From the NCBI GenBank assembly GCA_965369655.1, contig CBDUQR010000012.1:1-64000 (forward strand): a stretch of 64,000 bases of DNA, read 5' to 3'. The position numbers and the translations under genes were made by a program. The notes under the pieces were generated by a model. The model ran no database searches, had not been told where the DNA came from, and saw only the letters and a list, made by a program, of their open reading frames with translations. The DNA comes from an uncultured bacterium (GTDB lineage: Bacteria > Zixibacteria > MSB-5A5 > JAABVY01 > JAHJOQ01). This document shows, in pieces, positions 41,607-51,353 of the stretch. Position 1 is the stretch's first letter; each line of letters begins with the position of its first letter.

Positions 41607-42950
41607 ATGAAGTTATCCAGGAATAATCGGTGGCGCGCTGCCGTAAGAGATCCTGTCCTGTTCTCGCGGGAGTTCGTCGAGGTCGAACCCCACGAGGGAC
41701 AGATCAGGTGGCTGACAAACTCTGTCAAGCCGGAGAATCTGCTTGTAACCGGCAACCGTTGGGGGAAATCGTTCGTTCAGTCTGTCAAGATCATCCACAG
41801 GTGTGTCTTTCGCATTCGTGCTCTCAAGTACGATACCGCCGGCAGATACAACGCGGTGACCGCATCGATCACGATGGATCAGGCGAAGATCGTTTTTCAC
41901 AACGTACTGAGGCTGATTAAAGGCAAGCCCCTGCTCGAAGCGCTTGTCAATTGCGTCAGGTGGTCGCCGTACCCGCGTTTGTATTTCGCTAATGGCGCGT
42001 TGCTGACAGCTCGTTCGACACAGAACAGAGGCGAACATCTTCTCGGAAACGACTACGATTATTTCAATTTCGATGAGGCCGCGTTTGAACTGCATCCTGA
42101 ATATGTCGTCGACGAAGTCATCGCGATGAGGCTCGCAGATCGTGAGGGCATGTTTGATCTGACTTCCACCCCAAAAGGCAGAAACTGGTATTACAGGCGA
42201 TGGCTCGACCTCTCGAAGCGAGTCGATACGGCGTACACTCAGCAGGGTCACACGCTGGAGAACACCCATGTGAGCAGGAAATATGTCGAGCGGAAAGAAA
42301 AGACTTTGTCAGACAACATAGTCAGCCAGAACATCATGGGAGAGTTTGTCGATTCCGGAGATGAGATAATATCGGAGGAGGATATACGATCCGCGCTTGC
42401 GTTGTCCACGGGATTCAGTGATCCTGTTCAGGGGCACAAGTACTGTCATGGATGGGATCTGGCAAGAAAGGTGACTCACACTGTAGGGGTGACGCTCGAT
42501 ACGACATCGAAACCGTATCAGGTAGTGGCGATCGAGCGATTCCGAGGTCGGGACTGGGACGATGTCTTCTCAGCCATAAGGAAACGCCACAGGAAATATG
42601 GCGGGCCGGTTCTCATAGACTCGACCGGTCTCGGCGATGTCGTCCTGAGCCAGGTCTCCGACATCGGCGCCACAGGGTTCAACTTTGGCGTGGGCGGCGG
42701 CAGGGCAAAGGCGGAGTTGCTGACCAACCTGCAGTTTTTGCACGAACGACGTGAGATCGCATATCCCTACTTTGAGCAGATATCCGGCGATGATTTCTGG
42801 TCGAATCTTCAGGAGTTGAGTGAGGCAACCTGGGAAGACAATACTGCTTGTGATTTTGTGATGGCGCTGGCTCTCGCCTGCTGGCATCTGCGCCACAGAG
42901 GTCAGAGCGGCAGAATCCCGGTCGTCGATCCGCGCGCAGAGAAGATGTAG
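41607..42950 (+). CDS. Terminase large subunit
   Basis: Walker A GNRWGKS, Walker B FNFDEAA, TSTPKGRNW, nuclease GWDLARK, DSTGLGD, DFVMALALA. Confidence 0.93.
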   Translation: MKLSRNNRWRAAVRDPVLFSREFVEVEPHEGQIRWLTNSVKPENLLVTGNRWGKSFVQSVKIIHRCVFRIRALKYDTAGRYNAVTASITMDQAKIVFHNVLRLIKGKPLLEALVNCVRWSPYPRLYFANGALLTARSTQNRGEHLLGNDYDYFNFDEAAFELHPEYVVDEVIAMRLADREGMFDLTSTPKGRNWYYRRWLDLSKRVDTAYTQQGHTLENTHVSRKYVERKEKTLSDNIVSQNIMGEFVDSGDEIISEEDIRSALALSTGFSDPVQGHKYCHGWDLARKVTHTVGVTLDTTSKPYQVVAIERFRGRDWDDVFSAIRKRHRKYGGPVLIDSTGLGDVVLSQVSDIGATGFNFGVGGGRAKAELLTNLQFLHERREIAYPYFEQISGDDFWSNLQELSEATWEDNTACDFVMALALACWHLRHRGQSGRIPVVDPRAEKM

Positions 42951-42976
42951 AAGCCCGGACAATTTGCCCGGGCTTT
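42951..42976. terminator. Hairpin terminator between convergent TerL and PEP-CTERM genes
   Basis: AAGCCCGG-ACAATTTGC-CCGGGCTTT directly after the TerL stop. Confidence 0.65.
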
Positions 42977-42995
42977 ATTCAAATTGGGTCACTCC

Positions 42996-43075
42996 TGTGG
43001 CCGGCAGACCTCCCGGTCTGCCGCAATAATCATCTATCGATCCGACGGGGCAGACGAGGACGTCTGCCGCCCACT
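42996..43075. repeat. REP doublet
   Basis: GGCAGACCTCCCGGTCTGCC and GGGGCAGACGAGGACGTCTGCC; the latter recurs at ~46393. Confidence 0.75.
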
Positions 43076-43078
43076 ACT

Positions 43079-43429
43079 CTACTTCTTAAATCGTCTCAGC
43101 GCTGCACCTCCAGCAAGACCGAAACCGATCAGCAGGAGCGTAGCCGGTTCAGGAACCTCGGGGGGACAGTTCGTATTATGGTCATCGCGGTCCCCATCAA
43201 TGAGCGGGTCGCTGTCAAACATCTGATTGTCAAAGCCGGAAGCGTTTAGGCTTGTGCTCTTGTCAGGTGATGGCAACTGTCCACCACTGTTTCCACCGGT
43301 CAAATTGTCGACCCGTGACATACTGTAACCGTAAGCCGGGGTCCAGGTCAGAGCCAGAAACAGCATTATGATGACCGCAGCCATAGCGATCAGATTGAAT
43401 CTTGATGTAGTATGTTCATATCTCATCAT
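43079..43429 (-). CDS. Small PEP-CTERM sorting-domain protein
   Basis: Signal peptide; VPEPATLLLIGFGLAGGAALRRFKK. Confidence 0.92.
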   Translation of the reverse strand: MMRYEHTTSRFNLIAMAAVIIMLFLALTWTPAYGYSMSRVDNLTGGNSGGQLPSPDKSTSLNASGFDNQMFDSDPLIDGDRDDHNTNCPPEVPEPATLLLIGFGLAGGAALRRFKK

Positions 43430-43464
43430 ATAACCTCGCCAATTAGTATTTGACCTTGATAAGA

Positions 43465-43480
43465 AGCAACTACTATGCCG
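43465..43480 (-). promoter_or_regulatory. Sigma54 promoter of the PEP-CTERM gene
   Basis: CGGCATA-GTAG-TTGCT, ~35 nt upstream of the start codon. Confidence 0.7.
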
Positions 43481-43670
43481 TTACTATTGGGCTTGGGGCA
43501 GTTTCATTATATGTTGTGCGCCAGCAGGTTAGGCAACCACACATAAAGACATGTGTGAAGGCTTTCTGCAGGCTGATGCATATATCATGTTGGCACCTGC
43601 GGCGTCTGGCTGTTCTCATATCCGATCGATGTTGATTCCGTTGGACGGCATGACTGTATAGGAGGTGCCT

Positions 43671-45431
43671 ATGGAATATTCATCAAGCAGTTGTCCGGTT
43701 GAGTTGACCGGCGAAATCGAGACGATTTCTCCCGACCTGCTGCAGGCTGTCGGTGAGGTCGCCGGTTCGGGACGAAATCTGAAAGCCGAGGATCTGTATG
43801 TTCGTTCGATGTTCGTAACGTCAGACAAGATCAATGCGCAGGGCGGACGATTCGGCAAGGCTGAAATGGAGACACTCTGCAGACTCATTCCGGGCGCGCC
43901 GGTCCTGGTCGGACATGATAAATCGAAACTGCCAATCGGGAGATGTTTCAAAGCGGATATAGTCGACCGCGATAGAGAGCCGTGGGTGAAAGCTCTGTTC
44001 TACTGGCTCAAGTCGACGACGGGTGCAGATGATCTTCGGAGAAATATCGATGGCGGAATCTACACGGAATGCTCGCTCGGATTCAGTTTTGGGCTTCCCA
44101 AATGCTCGATTTGTTCGGGCGATGTTCGGAAGTGCAGCCATATTCCGGGTCGTGAATATCGAAACATGTCCGGATCGATGGAGAAATGCCATTACAAGTA
44201 CTGTGACGTCAGCAGTGTAAACGAAATCTCACTTGTTTATCGAGGAGCGGTCCCGGGCACATCGGTATCGTCACAGATGTTATGCGGCGGTGATCTGAAC
44301 GTGACTCCTCACGATGTCTATCGTTCCACATCGATGGACAGCCTGCTGATAATGGAATCTGATTGTATGCTTTCTGGCTTTGATGGATCTGTCGTCGAGC
44401 CTGTCTACCACGGGATTCCGTTCGCTTTTCATCGGGACGACGGCAGTATCACCGTAAGCGCACCTGATGGCTGGAGCGACTTTGGCCCTGTGCGTTCGAT
44501 GACCGATGCGCTTCGAGGGCTTTTCGCAGAAACAGATTCAATCAGGGGGATGCTCACCTGCTATCGAGGCAAGAGCAGGATTCCTGTCTACTTGTTCGAT
44601 CAGGTTAAAGATTCCACCCGGCTCGGACCCGTGCGGTGGCGTCTCAAAGTCTGCCTCGATTCGGACTGCTCCGAGAATCTGAGCGATGGTCAAATTGACA
44701 AACTGAAGTCCCTCGGTGTGGACATAGTATTTTGCAGACACCTGAAGAATGAGCATCAACTCAGAAAGGCGCTTATCAGTGCGCCGAGAGAGGGCATGGT
44801 GGTTGTGTCCGGTGATCGTGCGGCGGTTGTCAGGTCCGGTTCTGTCTTTCGTCTCAGGGTCGGCAGTGTCAGACCAACGCGATCCGGCAAGGCTTGCTAT
44901 GATCTCTCATTCGCTGACGAATCGCTCGGCGTATTCAGAAGCTATGAGTCGTCGATCGATGCTGCTGTTGGTGATACGCTCTTCGTGCAGACGGAAATCG
45001 AATATGTCTCCGGTTCGCTCTCTCTGCGAAAGATCAGAGTTATCGACAACCTTAGACGATTCTTCGCACCCGACCTCGGAATCATACTGAGACAGGAAAA
45101 CGATCAGTCCTGCGGGAGATTCCAGTTGTTCGATTTGGGCAAGGGCGCCCGACTTCTCAACTTATCATGCGGCGATGCGAACAACTGGGTGGCTTTCCCG
45201 AATTTCTCCGAAAAGCATCTCAGAGATGGCAAGACGCTGGTGGGACACGACATTGAAGATCCGCAGATCACAGATGCTACCGTTCGTGATTCAGGTGATG
45301 CAGAGCTTCTCGAAAGCTCGGAGTCCGGAGTACGCATCGGTCTCGATGGGAGCGAATGCTCCGGTGAGTTCATCCTGAGAAAAGCGGTGATTCATGGCGA
45401 GAAGGTCGAGTTGTTCTACAAGCTATCCTGA
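43671..45431 (+). CDS. Prohead protease-like protein fused to degenerate DNA ligase and LigD-phosphoesterase-like domains
   Basis: RBS GGAGG; VGHD, ECSLGF, CSIC..C.H, EISLV; then VEPVYHGIP, EGMVV; C-terminal DSG..E...LDG..CSGEFILR. Confidence 0.7.
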   Translation: MEYSSSSCPVELTGEIETISPDLLQAVGEVAGSGRNLKAEDLYVRSMFVTSDKINAQGGRFGKAEMETLCRLIPGAPVLVGHDKSKLPIGRCFKADIVDRDREPWVKALFYWLKSTTGADDLRRNIDGGIYTECSLGFSFGLPKCSICSGDVRKCSHIPGREYRNMSGSMEKCHYKYCDVSSVNEISLVYRGAVPGTSVSSQMLCGGDLNVTPHDVYRSTSMDSLLIMESDCMLSGFDGSVVEPVYHGIPFAFHRDDGSITVSAPDGWSDFGPVRSMTDALRGLFAETDSIRGMLTCYRGKSRIPVYLFDQVKDSTRLGPVRWRLKVCLDSDCSENLSDGQIDKLKSLGVDIVFCRHLKNEHQLRKALISAPREGMVVVSGDRAAVVRSGSVFRLRVGSVRPTRSGKACYDLSFADESLGVFRSYESSIDAAVGDTLFVQTEIEYVSGSLSLRKIRVIDNLRRFFAPDLGIILRQENDQSCGRFQLFDLGKGARLLNLSCGDANNWVAFPNFSEKHLRDGKTLVGHDIEDPQITDATVRDSGDAELLESSESGVRIGLDGSECSGEFILRKAVIHGEKVELFYKLS

Positions 45432-46174
45432 TCGTGGTGGACGTATGATCGCATGAACAGATGGGTCGATCCAAACGATCCCGCGCTGTACAATCTGACG
45501 AGACCAACACCATCAGCGTAGTATTCGTACGATGTACTGAATGCCTCGTCATTCCCGGGAAGAGTTCGATCGCACTTGATGACAAAGCTGTTGAACCTGC
45601 CGGCAGGTACGAGAATGTTCTCTCGCCTGACGAATTCCCGGGTTGTCTCGAATCCCCATGAGAGAAAAAGCATGGACTCGATGACCGCATTGCCATCTAC
45701 GAACATCGGTGGAGTGTACGATTCCCAGCAATCCTCTTCGATGAAGGCAATCGGGAACAGTAACGGGAGCTCGGGGAATTCCATCAGAGAATCGCCGCCA
45801 TCAGTCCGGACGTAATATCCCAGGTTCACAATAGAATTGTCATTGATTTTCAGTGCGGCGATTGGCGCCGAATCAACAAACAGATCGATCCGACCGGGTG
45901 ATTCTGAGTTCACTCTTCCGGAGAATATATACACAGTGGTGTCGATTGTGGAATCGTACGGCGGAAATGTTTTCACCAAATCATAGCTGATATACTCGAT
46001 GTCGAAATCCTCTTGCAGTCCCAGAAGTCTTGCGGTGTTGTCGGATATGAAATTTTCTTCATCGGTCCCGGAGTCATCACACGCGCCGACAATGAAAACG
46101 AGCGATGTAACGAGTAGCAACAGTCTGCGCACGATCTGACACCTCCTGTAAATAAAACCCACCCGCCGTTTCAC
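45416..46174 (-). CDS. Putative lipoprotein
   Basis: Lipobox VGAC; VPAGRF, YYADGVGLVR; start codon uncertain. Confidence 0.7.
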   Translation of the reverse strand: MKRRVGFIYRRCQIVRRLLLLVTSLVFIVGACDDSGTDEENFISDNTARLLGLQEDFDIEYISYDLVKTFPPYDSTIDTTVYIFSGRVNSESPGRIDLFVDSAPIAALKINDNSIVNLGYYVRTDGGDSLMEFPELPLLFPIAFIEEDCWESYTPPMFVDGNAVIESMLFLSWGFETTREFVRRENILVPAGRFNSFVIKCDRTLPGNDEAFSTSYEYYADGVGLVRLYSAGSFGSTHLFMRSYVHHDQDSL

Positions 46175-46252
46175 TCTGAGTGGACTACCGGTTCAACCTG
46201 TAATTATCGATGGCTGATGTCAACAAGAACAGGGGGGGGGGTGAGTCCTGAT

Positions 46253-46499
46253 GTAGGTCGTGTTCCGAACCCCGCAGTGCGGGATGAGAAACGCGACACA
46301 TCCATATAGTTACATTGATGTCGGGTTTCTTGCAGGCTTCGCCTGCTGCGGAACGCCGACCTACTGGATACCAGCCGGTATCAGTGCAAGATGGGGCAGA
46401 CGAGGACGTCTGCCGTCCACAGGAATTTTGTGCTGCACTCGGCAGATGTAGACATCTGCCGGGCACGAGGATGGACCCCGGTTTTCACCGGAGTGACAA
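46253..46499. repeat. REP cluster with three families
   Basis: GTAGGTCG...CGACCTAC; GGGGCAGACGAGGACGTCTGCC; ATGGACCCCGGTTTTCACCGGAGTGACAA. Confidence 0.75.
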
Positions 46500-46646
46500 G
46501 TGTGAGCACCGCCGATTGTGAAAGCAGAAATCAGACAGGAACAGAGGTGATGTTCGGAATCGGCAATCAGACGAGAGACACGCTCGCCAGTTTGCGAGCA
46601 TGATCGTCAGAATAAATCCAACAGGCTAATAACCGGAGAAGAGTGA

Positions 46647-47072
46647 ATGGATCAATGCAGATTAGTTGAGGAATTAGGGGCATACCGTGATTTACTTCAG
46701 TCGGGAAAGCTGACTGAGCTTGATCTCGACGCCCTCGGAGCCTGCCTTTCAGAGGCGCTGGCATTGCTCGATATTCTAAGATCTCAGTCGGATGACGCTC
46801 GCGTCCTAAAGCAGGATGCGATAAACGAGATCGCGAACATGAGCATCGCAGCCATCGCTCTGAATGGCAGCAGGCAGATTGCCGACAAGTCGAAGCTGCT
46901 CGATGAACTGTCAGGACTCGATGCGTCAAAGTTGTTGCAGGCTCGCGCCAGGGCGAGGAAACTCGTCACCGATTTGCAGCGCTCCGGCAGGATGCCGGTC
47001 AAGACTGTCGGAAGCCAGCAGTGTCATCAATCAATCGAAGATTTCAGGATAGGAGACGAGCGGGTCGGTTGA
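46647..47072 (+). CDS. Putative capsid scaffolding protein
   Basis: Helical, 141 aa, immediately upstream of the decoration and MCP genes; positional call. Confidence 0.5.
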   Translation: MDQCRLVEELGAYRDLLQSGKLTELDLDALGACLSEALALLDILRSQSDDARVLKQDAINEIANMSIAAIALNGSRQIADKSKLLDELSGLDASKLLQARARARKLVTDLQRSGRMPVKTVGSQQCHQSIEDFRIGDERVG

Positions 47073-47121
47073 CCCAGAATGTGGGAGGGGACTCCCGTTG
47101 CAGTCTTGAAAGGAGAATTCA

Positions 47122-47544
47122 ATGAGTGTAAGAAGTCAGAATCTCGAAACGATCGCGCCAGTCTACGCGACATTCGGTATCCACCAGACGGCGGGCGCTG
47201 ATGACCTTGCCGACTCGAACATCGGTGAGGCTGTTGTGCTGACGGATGATTATGAAATCGGGCCTTCATCCAATGGCGAAGCGATCATCGGCAAGCTCGT
47301 AGCGCTGACCCTGACCGATGCGGACACGGGCAAACGCAACGCGACGGTCCAAATCGGCGGAGTCATGACGCTCCCGATCACTACCACCTACCCGCAGGTC
47401 GGCAATCGTGTCGTCTGTGGAGCAAACGGAGCTGTCAAGCAGGTGCCCGCGCTGGCCGGCGACGATCCCGCAGGCGGCAATGTCGCGCGCGGCACAGTGC
47501 TCGCAGTCAGCGGCACTTCCACCTGCACGATCTATCTTCCATAA
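47122..47544 (+). CDS. Putative capsid decoration/cement protein
   Basis: Small beta-rich Gly/Thr/Val protein before MCP; strong RBS AAAGGAG. Confidence 0.62.
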   Translation: MSVRSQNLETIAPVYATFGIHQTAGADDLADSNIGEAVVLTDDYEIGPSSNGEAIIGKLVALTLTDADTGKRNATVQIGGVMTLPITTTYPQVGNRVVCGANGAVKQVPALAGDDPAGGNVARGTVLAVSGTSTCTIYLP

Positions 47545-47559
47545 CGAAAGGAGTAATCT

Positions 47560-48660
47560 GTGGATATTAGCGAATTCATCACCGGAAACATGCCGAGCGC
47601 GCTGGTCTCGATGGAACCGGTTCGCAGCAACTCGGTCGATCTATCACGAACCAAACAAGTTGAAATCGACCGTGACATGTATCTCGAAGCACAGGCACAA
47701 GGGATGAGTCTGACAGAGCTGCTTGAGTCGGATCCTTACGATCCATCGACTCCCGGCTCTCCTCTCGATGCATTCGAGCGGCAGCTTCTGTTGAAGGGAG
47801 TGCGGACCGGCGGCAGGCGCCCCGCCACGGTTGAGCTGTTCTACAGGAACGCGGCGATGCTGCTCCCTGAGTTCATCATGCGAGAGATCAAGCATGGCAT
47901 GACGCTCCGCGCCGATTACAACCGACTGCCCGCATCATCGACGGATGTCGCGACGAATCGGTACACACCGATTTATATCGATGCTTCCGCGACCGACGAC
48001 AACATGTCACTTCGCCCGGTCGGCGAAGGGGGAGAGATTCCTCAGATTGTCGTGACCGAGCAGAAGAATACTGTCGCGATTCCCGACTACGGCATCACAC
48101 TGAAAGCGTCGTACAAGGCGTTGCGTCACAGGACGACGGCGCAGTTCAAGGTCATCCTCTGGTATATCGGTTTCAAGCTCCAGGCCGACAAAGTGTCGCT
48201 GGTGGCCGATGTAATCCAGAACGGGGACGGCAACAGCAACCCAGCGCAGGTAATCAACACGGATTCGTCGGGTTCGATTGACTATGACGATCTCGTGAAG
48301 TTCTATCTCGAATTCTTCCCGTACGAGTTGAACACCGTGGTCTGTCACAAGACGATGGTGCGGACTCTCCTGAACCTGACCGAATACAAGGACCCGACCG
48401 TCGGGTTCAAGTTCCAGACAGACGGGGAACTTGTCTCTCCGCTCGGCGCGAACATCGTCAGATGCGACGACTGCCCTGAAGACATCATCATCGGACTCGA
48501 CAATCGATTTGCTGTCGAAGAGGTCAGGAGCCAGCCGCTCATGGTCGAATTCGATAAGATCATCGAGCAGAAGTTCGAAGAAGCGGTGATATCCGAATCG
48601 GTCTCGTATGCGAAGATCATTCCGGAGGCATCGTTGGTCCTCGATACCGTTTACGCCTAA
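47560..48660 (+). CDS. Major capsid protein (HK97-type)
   Basis: 366 aa; LDAFERQL, LLPEFI, VGEGGEIP, YGITLKASY, GDGN, IIGLD; RBS AAAGGAG; strongly C/G-ending codons. Confidence 0.82.
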   Translation: MDISEFITGNMPSALVSMEPVRSNSVDLSRTKQVEIDRDMYLEAQAQGMSLTELLESDPYDPSTPGSPLDAFERQLLLKGVRTGGRRPATVELFYRNAAMLLPEFIMREIKHGMTLRADYNRLPASSTDVATNRYTPIYIDASATDDNMSLRPVGEGGEIPQIVVTEQKNTVAIPDYGITLKASYKALRHRTTAQFKVILWYIGFKLQADKVSLVADVIQNGDGNSNPAQVINTDSSGSIDYDDLVKFYLEFFPYELNTVVCHKTMVRTLLNLTEYKDPTVGFKFQTDGELVSPLGANIVRCDDCPEDIIIGLDNRFAVEEVRSQPLMVEFDKIIEQKFEEAVISESVSYAKIIPEASLVLDTVYA

Positions 48661-48680
48661 GTCACATTCGGCACATAACT

Positions 48681-48707
48681 CGCCCGTCCTGATAATCGGG
48701 GCGGGCG
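48681..48707 (+). terminator. Hairpin after MCP (attenuator or mRNA stabiliser)
   Basis: CGCCCGTCCTGA-TAA-TCGGGGCGGGCG, no T-tract. Confidence 0.5.
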
Positions 48708-48720
48708 CTGAGGATGCATT

Positions 48721-50136
48721 ATGATTAAGGAAATCGCAACGACGAACGCATATTACGGCGGCGGTCTGTCGATCCAGAAAAAGCTGTTTGTCGTGCCGTC
48801 CGGCGCATATCAGGGCAGAGCGATCATCGTCTTTCCGACGTCGTCGAGCCAGATTGTGTTCGTGTGGGCCGATCCGCCGTACACCTTATGGTCGTCGGAG
48901 ACAATCGTTGCATCGGACTCGGCGGACTATCCGGCCTGCGCACACATGGATGATGACGGGAATGTCTATGTCGCGTACACGGTGCAGAGTTCTCTCGACC
49001 TTGCGGAGAAGAAGCTGACTTTTTCGGACGGCGTCTGGCAGGCCGGTTCCAAGAATGTCGTGTACAACGCGGATTCCAATTACTTTCCGTCGCTTTACAA
49101 GGATGTTTTCGACCGTCTGTGGGTGAGTTTCACCCGGGAATCGGGAGGTGTATACTACGTCAATGTCAAGAGATCGACCGACGACGGCGTGACATGGGGT
49201 ACAGGTCCTTCGGATCCCGGTACTGCTCTTACGTCAGGAGCCGATTCGTGCTACAGCCAGCTTGTCTACAGGCCGAACCATGTCTACTGCATTTACACCG
49301 AGGGCGGCACCAAGCTCGCATATCGCAGGCGAAACATCGCCGCTGCGCTGTACGACGACGAAGTCTCACTGTATACCGGCACCGGTCTTGGCGCGAATTT
49401 CTCCGGGGCGGCATCCGAGGACTTGCGGCTGGGCATAGCCTTCTGCGACAGCTCGAACGTATACTACAAAGAATTCGACGGTTCGCTCTGGTCTGGTATA
49501 GAGACAATCGACACGTCATACTCGGTCAATCCGAATCTCAGTTTCAGGCAGAATGTCCCGTATGTCGTTTTCGCCAGACAGATCGGCACAGATCAGCAGC
49601 TTCCGTATTTCAGCTATCGCGAGGGAAGCGAGTTCGTGAGCCCGATCCCGATGTCTGTGGAACTGAGTACATTCGACAAAGTTCTCTGTTACAGGCCATC
49701 GTCCGCAGTGCAGTTCATGGACAAGACAAGCGCTGCTGCGGATGATACTTCGGCTGATGTCTATCACGATGACTCGAACAAGCTGATGCTGTCCGCCGGC
49801 GATGGGGTTTACATCGGCCAGTCGGAGCCATTCACAACCGTAGCCGTTAATCTGTCGACGACCGGCGGCGGCGGGAATGTTTCATGGTACTACTGGGATG
49901 GTTCGGACTGGAAAGTCTTCACTCCGGCATCCGGAGCGTACAACTTCGACAGTTCACCCGCGCTGGTCAGGCTCTGGGAGGATAGCGATGATCTTCCGGG
50001 CGACTGGCAGCTATCGGTCGTCTCCAATTCCGCGAAATTCTGGGTCAAGGCGGTCGCGTCATCCGATTTCAGCACAGCGCCGGTCGGGTCACAGATAACC
50101 GGTGTAACAAATCTTTCATACATCATTTCCGGGTGA
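48721..50136 (+). CDS. Beta-propeller / Asp-box protein, probable particle accessory protein
   Basis: KRSTDDGVTWG Asp-box; C-terminal WYYWDGSDW beta domain; no signal peptide. Confidence 0.6.
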   Translation: MIKEIATTNAYYGGGLSIQKKLFVVPSGAYQGRAIIVFPTSSSQIVFVWADPPYTLWSSETIVASDSADYPACAHMDDDGNVYVAYTVQSSLDLAEKKLTFSDGVWQAGSKNVVYNADSNYFPSLYKDVFDRLWVSFTRESGGVYYVNVKRSTDDGVTWGTGPSDPGTALTSGADSCYSQLVYRPNHVYCIYTEGGTKLAYRRRNIAAALYDDEVSLYTGTGLGANFSGAASEDLRLGIAFCDSSNVYYKEFDGSLWSGIETIDTSYSVNPNLSFRQNVPYVVFARQIGTDQQLPYFSYREGSEFVSPIPMSVELSTFDKVLCYRPSSAVQFMDKTSAAADDTSADVYHDDSNKLMLSAGDGVYIGQSEPFTTVAVNLSTTGGGGNVSWYYWDGSDWKVFTPASGAYNFDSSPALVRLWEDSDDLPGDWQLSVVSNSAKFWVKAVASSDFSTAPVGSQITGVTNLSYIISG

Positions 50137-50144
50137 GGTAGGGC

Positions 50145-50963
50145 ATGTCGTTTACAAACATAGAACTGGTACGAAAGCATCTGCAGGAGTCGATCAGAGT
50201 ATCCGGCGAAGTTGAAAACTATCTCCTGAAGTTGAGCGGTACGGAAACAGTGAGGCTGCCGAATGCCGGGCTGGTGGACGATTCCGAGATAATCAAGGGG
50301 AAGACACAGGTGACGCCGCATCGGGAGTCATTCGTCCTGGCTGACGTCGCGCATTCTCTGACTCGCAGCGAACTCACGCCTGAGAGCGTGGTGCTGGCGA
50401 AGGACGACTCGCTGAGTGAAATCTACGCTGAGAATATCGACTACACCGTTGACTACTCGGACGGTAAGATCACTCGCATCGCAACGGGCGCCATCGAGAG
50501 CGGTCAGAGCGTGACAGCCTGGTACGGTGCGTTTACTGTCTATACCCGGCAGACGGATTATCAGGTCTCTTACCGCGACGGCGAACTTACCAGAATCGAG
50601 TCGGGGAGTATCGGAGACGGTCAGCTTCTCTGGATCGACTATCGGATCGAAAGCTCGGTCTTCAGCGATGACGCGATATTCAACGCTATCGTCGAGGCTT
50701 CCGCGCAACTCGATTGCCAGATCGATCAGGCAATCGCCGGTGATGCATCGTCGATCCTGACTGTTGCAGAGACCTACCTGACAGTATCGCTCCTTGCCCA
50801 GATTCGGGCGCTGGAGGTACTCCAGTCAAGTTCCCTGGCGGACAGGAGCAGAATATCGGCAAGCCTGCTGGAGATATCGAACCGGTACAGAGAGAGCTTC
50901 GCTGAATTGATCAAGCCATATCGATCCAGAAAGCCGACGCTTGCCGGTCCCGTACGGTCTTAG
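50145..50963 (+). CDS. Head-tail adaptor-like protein with a duplicated beta insert
   Basis: FTNIELVRKHL start; SDDAIFNAIVEASAQLD helical C-terminus; two DY.V.Y.DG..TRI..G.I..GQ repeats. Confidence 0.55.
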   Translation: MSFTNIELVRKHLQESIRVSGEVENYLLKLSGTETVRLPNAGLVDDSEIIKGKTQVTPHRESFVLADVAHSLTRSELTPESVVLAKDDSLSEIYAENIDYTVDYSDGKITRIATGAIESGQSVTAWYGAFTVYTRQTDYQVSYRDGELTRIESGSIGDGQLLWIDYRIESSVFSDDAIFNAIVEASAQLDCQIDQAIAGDASSILTVAETYLTVSLLAQIRALEVLQSSSLADRSRISASLLEISNRYRESFAELIKPYRSRKPTLAGPVRS

Positions 50964-50978
50964 TCAAAGGAGCAAACA

Positions 50979-51353
50979 GTGAACAGTACTCTGGCATATC
51001 TGCGAGGCAGGCGGTTGTGGGTTGTTGAAAACGTGTCGGTATGGGGGAAACTCTCGGCGTTTGCCGGCAATTTTCTTGTCACCGAGGAATATGGCGGTAC
51101 AAAACGGTTGCTGTTCTGGCAGGTGATGCTCGGCGGCGACAGGCAGCAAGTCAGTTTCGGCGATCTCGTGGATATCAACGGCAATTCACTGCCGGAGGAA
51201 ATATCCAGGCCGAAGGTGATTGTGATGCCGAAGACAGATGTCGACGTCGTTGTTGTCGGCAGAGAATCCAACAGATCATTTACAATCGCCAAGACTGGCG
51301 AGACTTCATCATCGGGTCTCGTTGACCTGATGATCTTCGAGGTGGGATCATGA
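50979..51353 (+). CDS. Hypothetical protein of the phage-like cluster
   Basis: RBS AAGGAG; operonic. Confidence 0.7.
   Translation: MNSTLAYLRGRRLWVVENVSVWGKLSAFAGNFLVTEEYGGTKRLLFWQVMLGGDRQQVSFGDLVDINGNSLPEEISRPKVIVMPKTDVDVVVVGRESNRSFTIAKTGETSSSGLVDLMIFEVGS

Noticed and set aside
40140-46646. Shared promoter motif upstream of portal, protease and scaffold genes
   Set aside because: Only short GGAC/AGAC words with inconsistent spacing; not distinguishable from chance by eye.
47560-48660. Encapsulin nanocompartment
   Set aside because: A linked portal and a motif-complete terminase point to DNA packaging rather than a protein-cargo shell.
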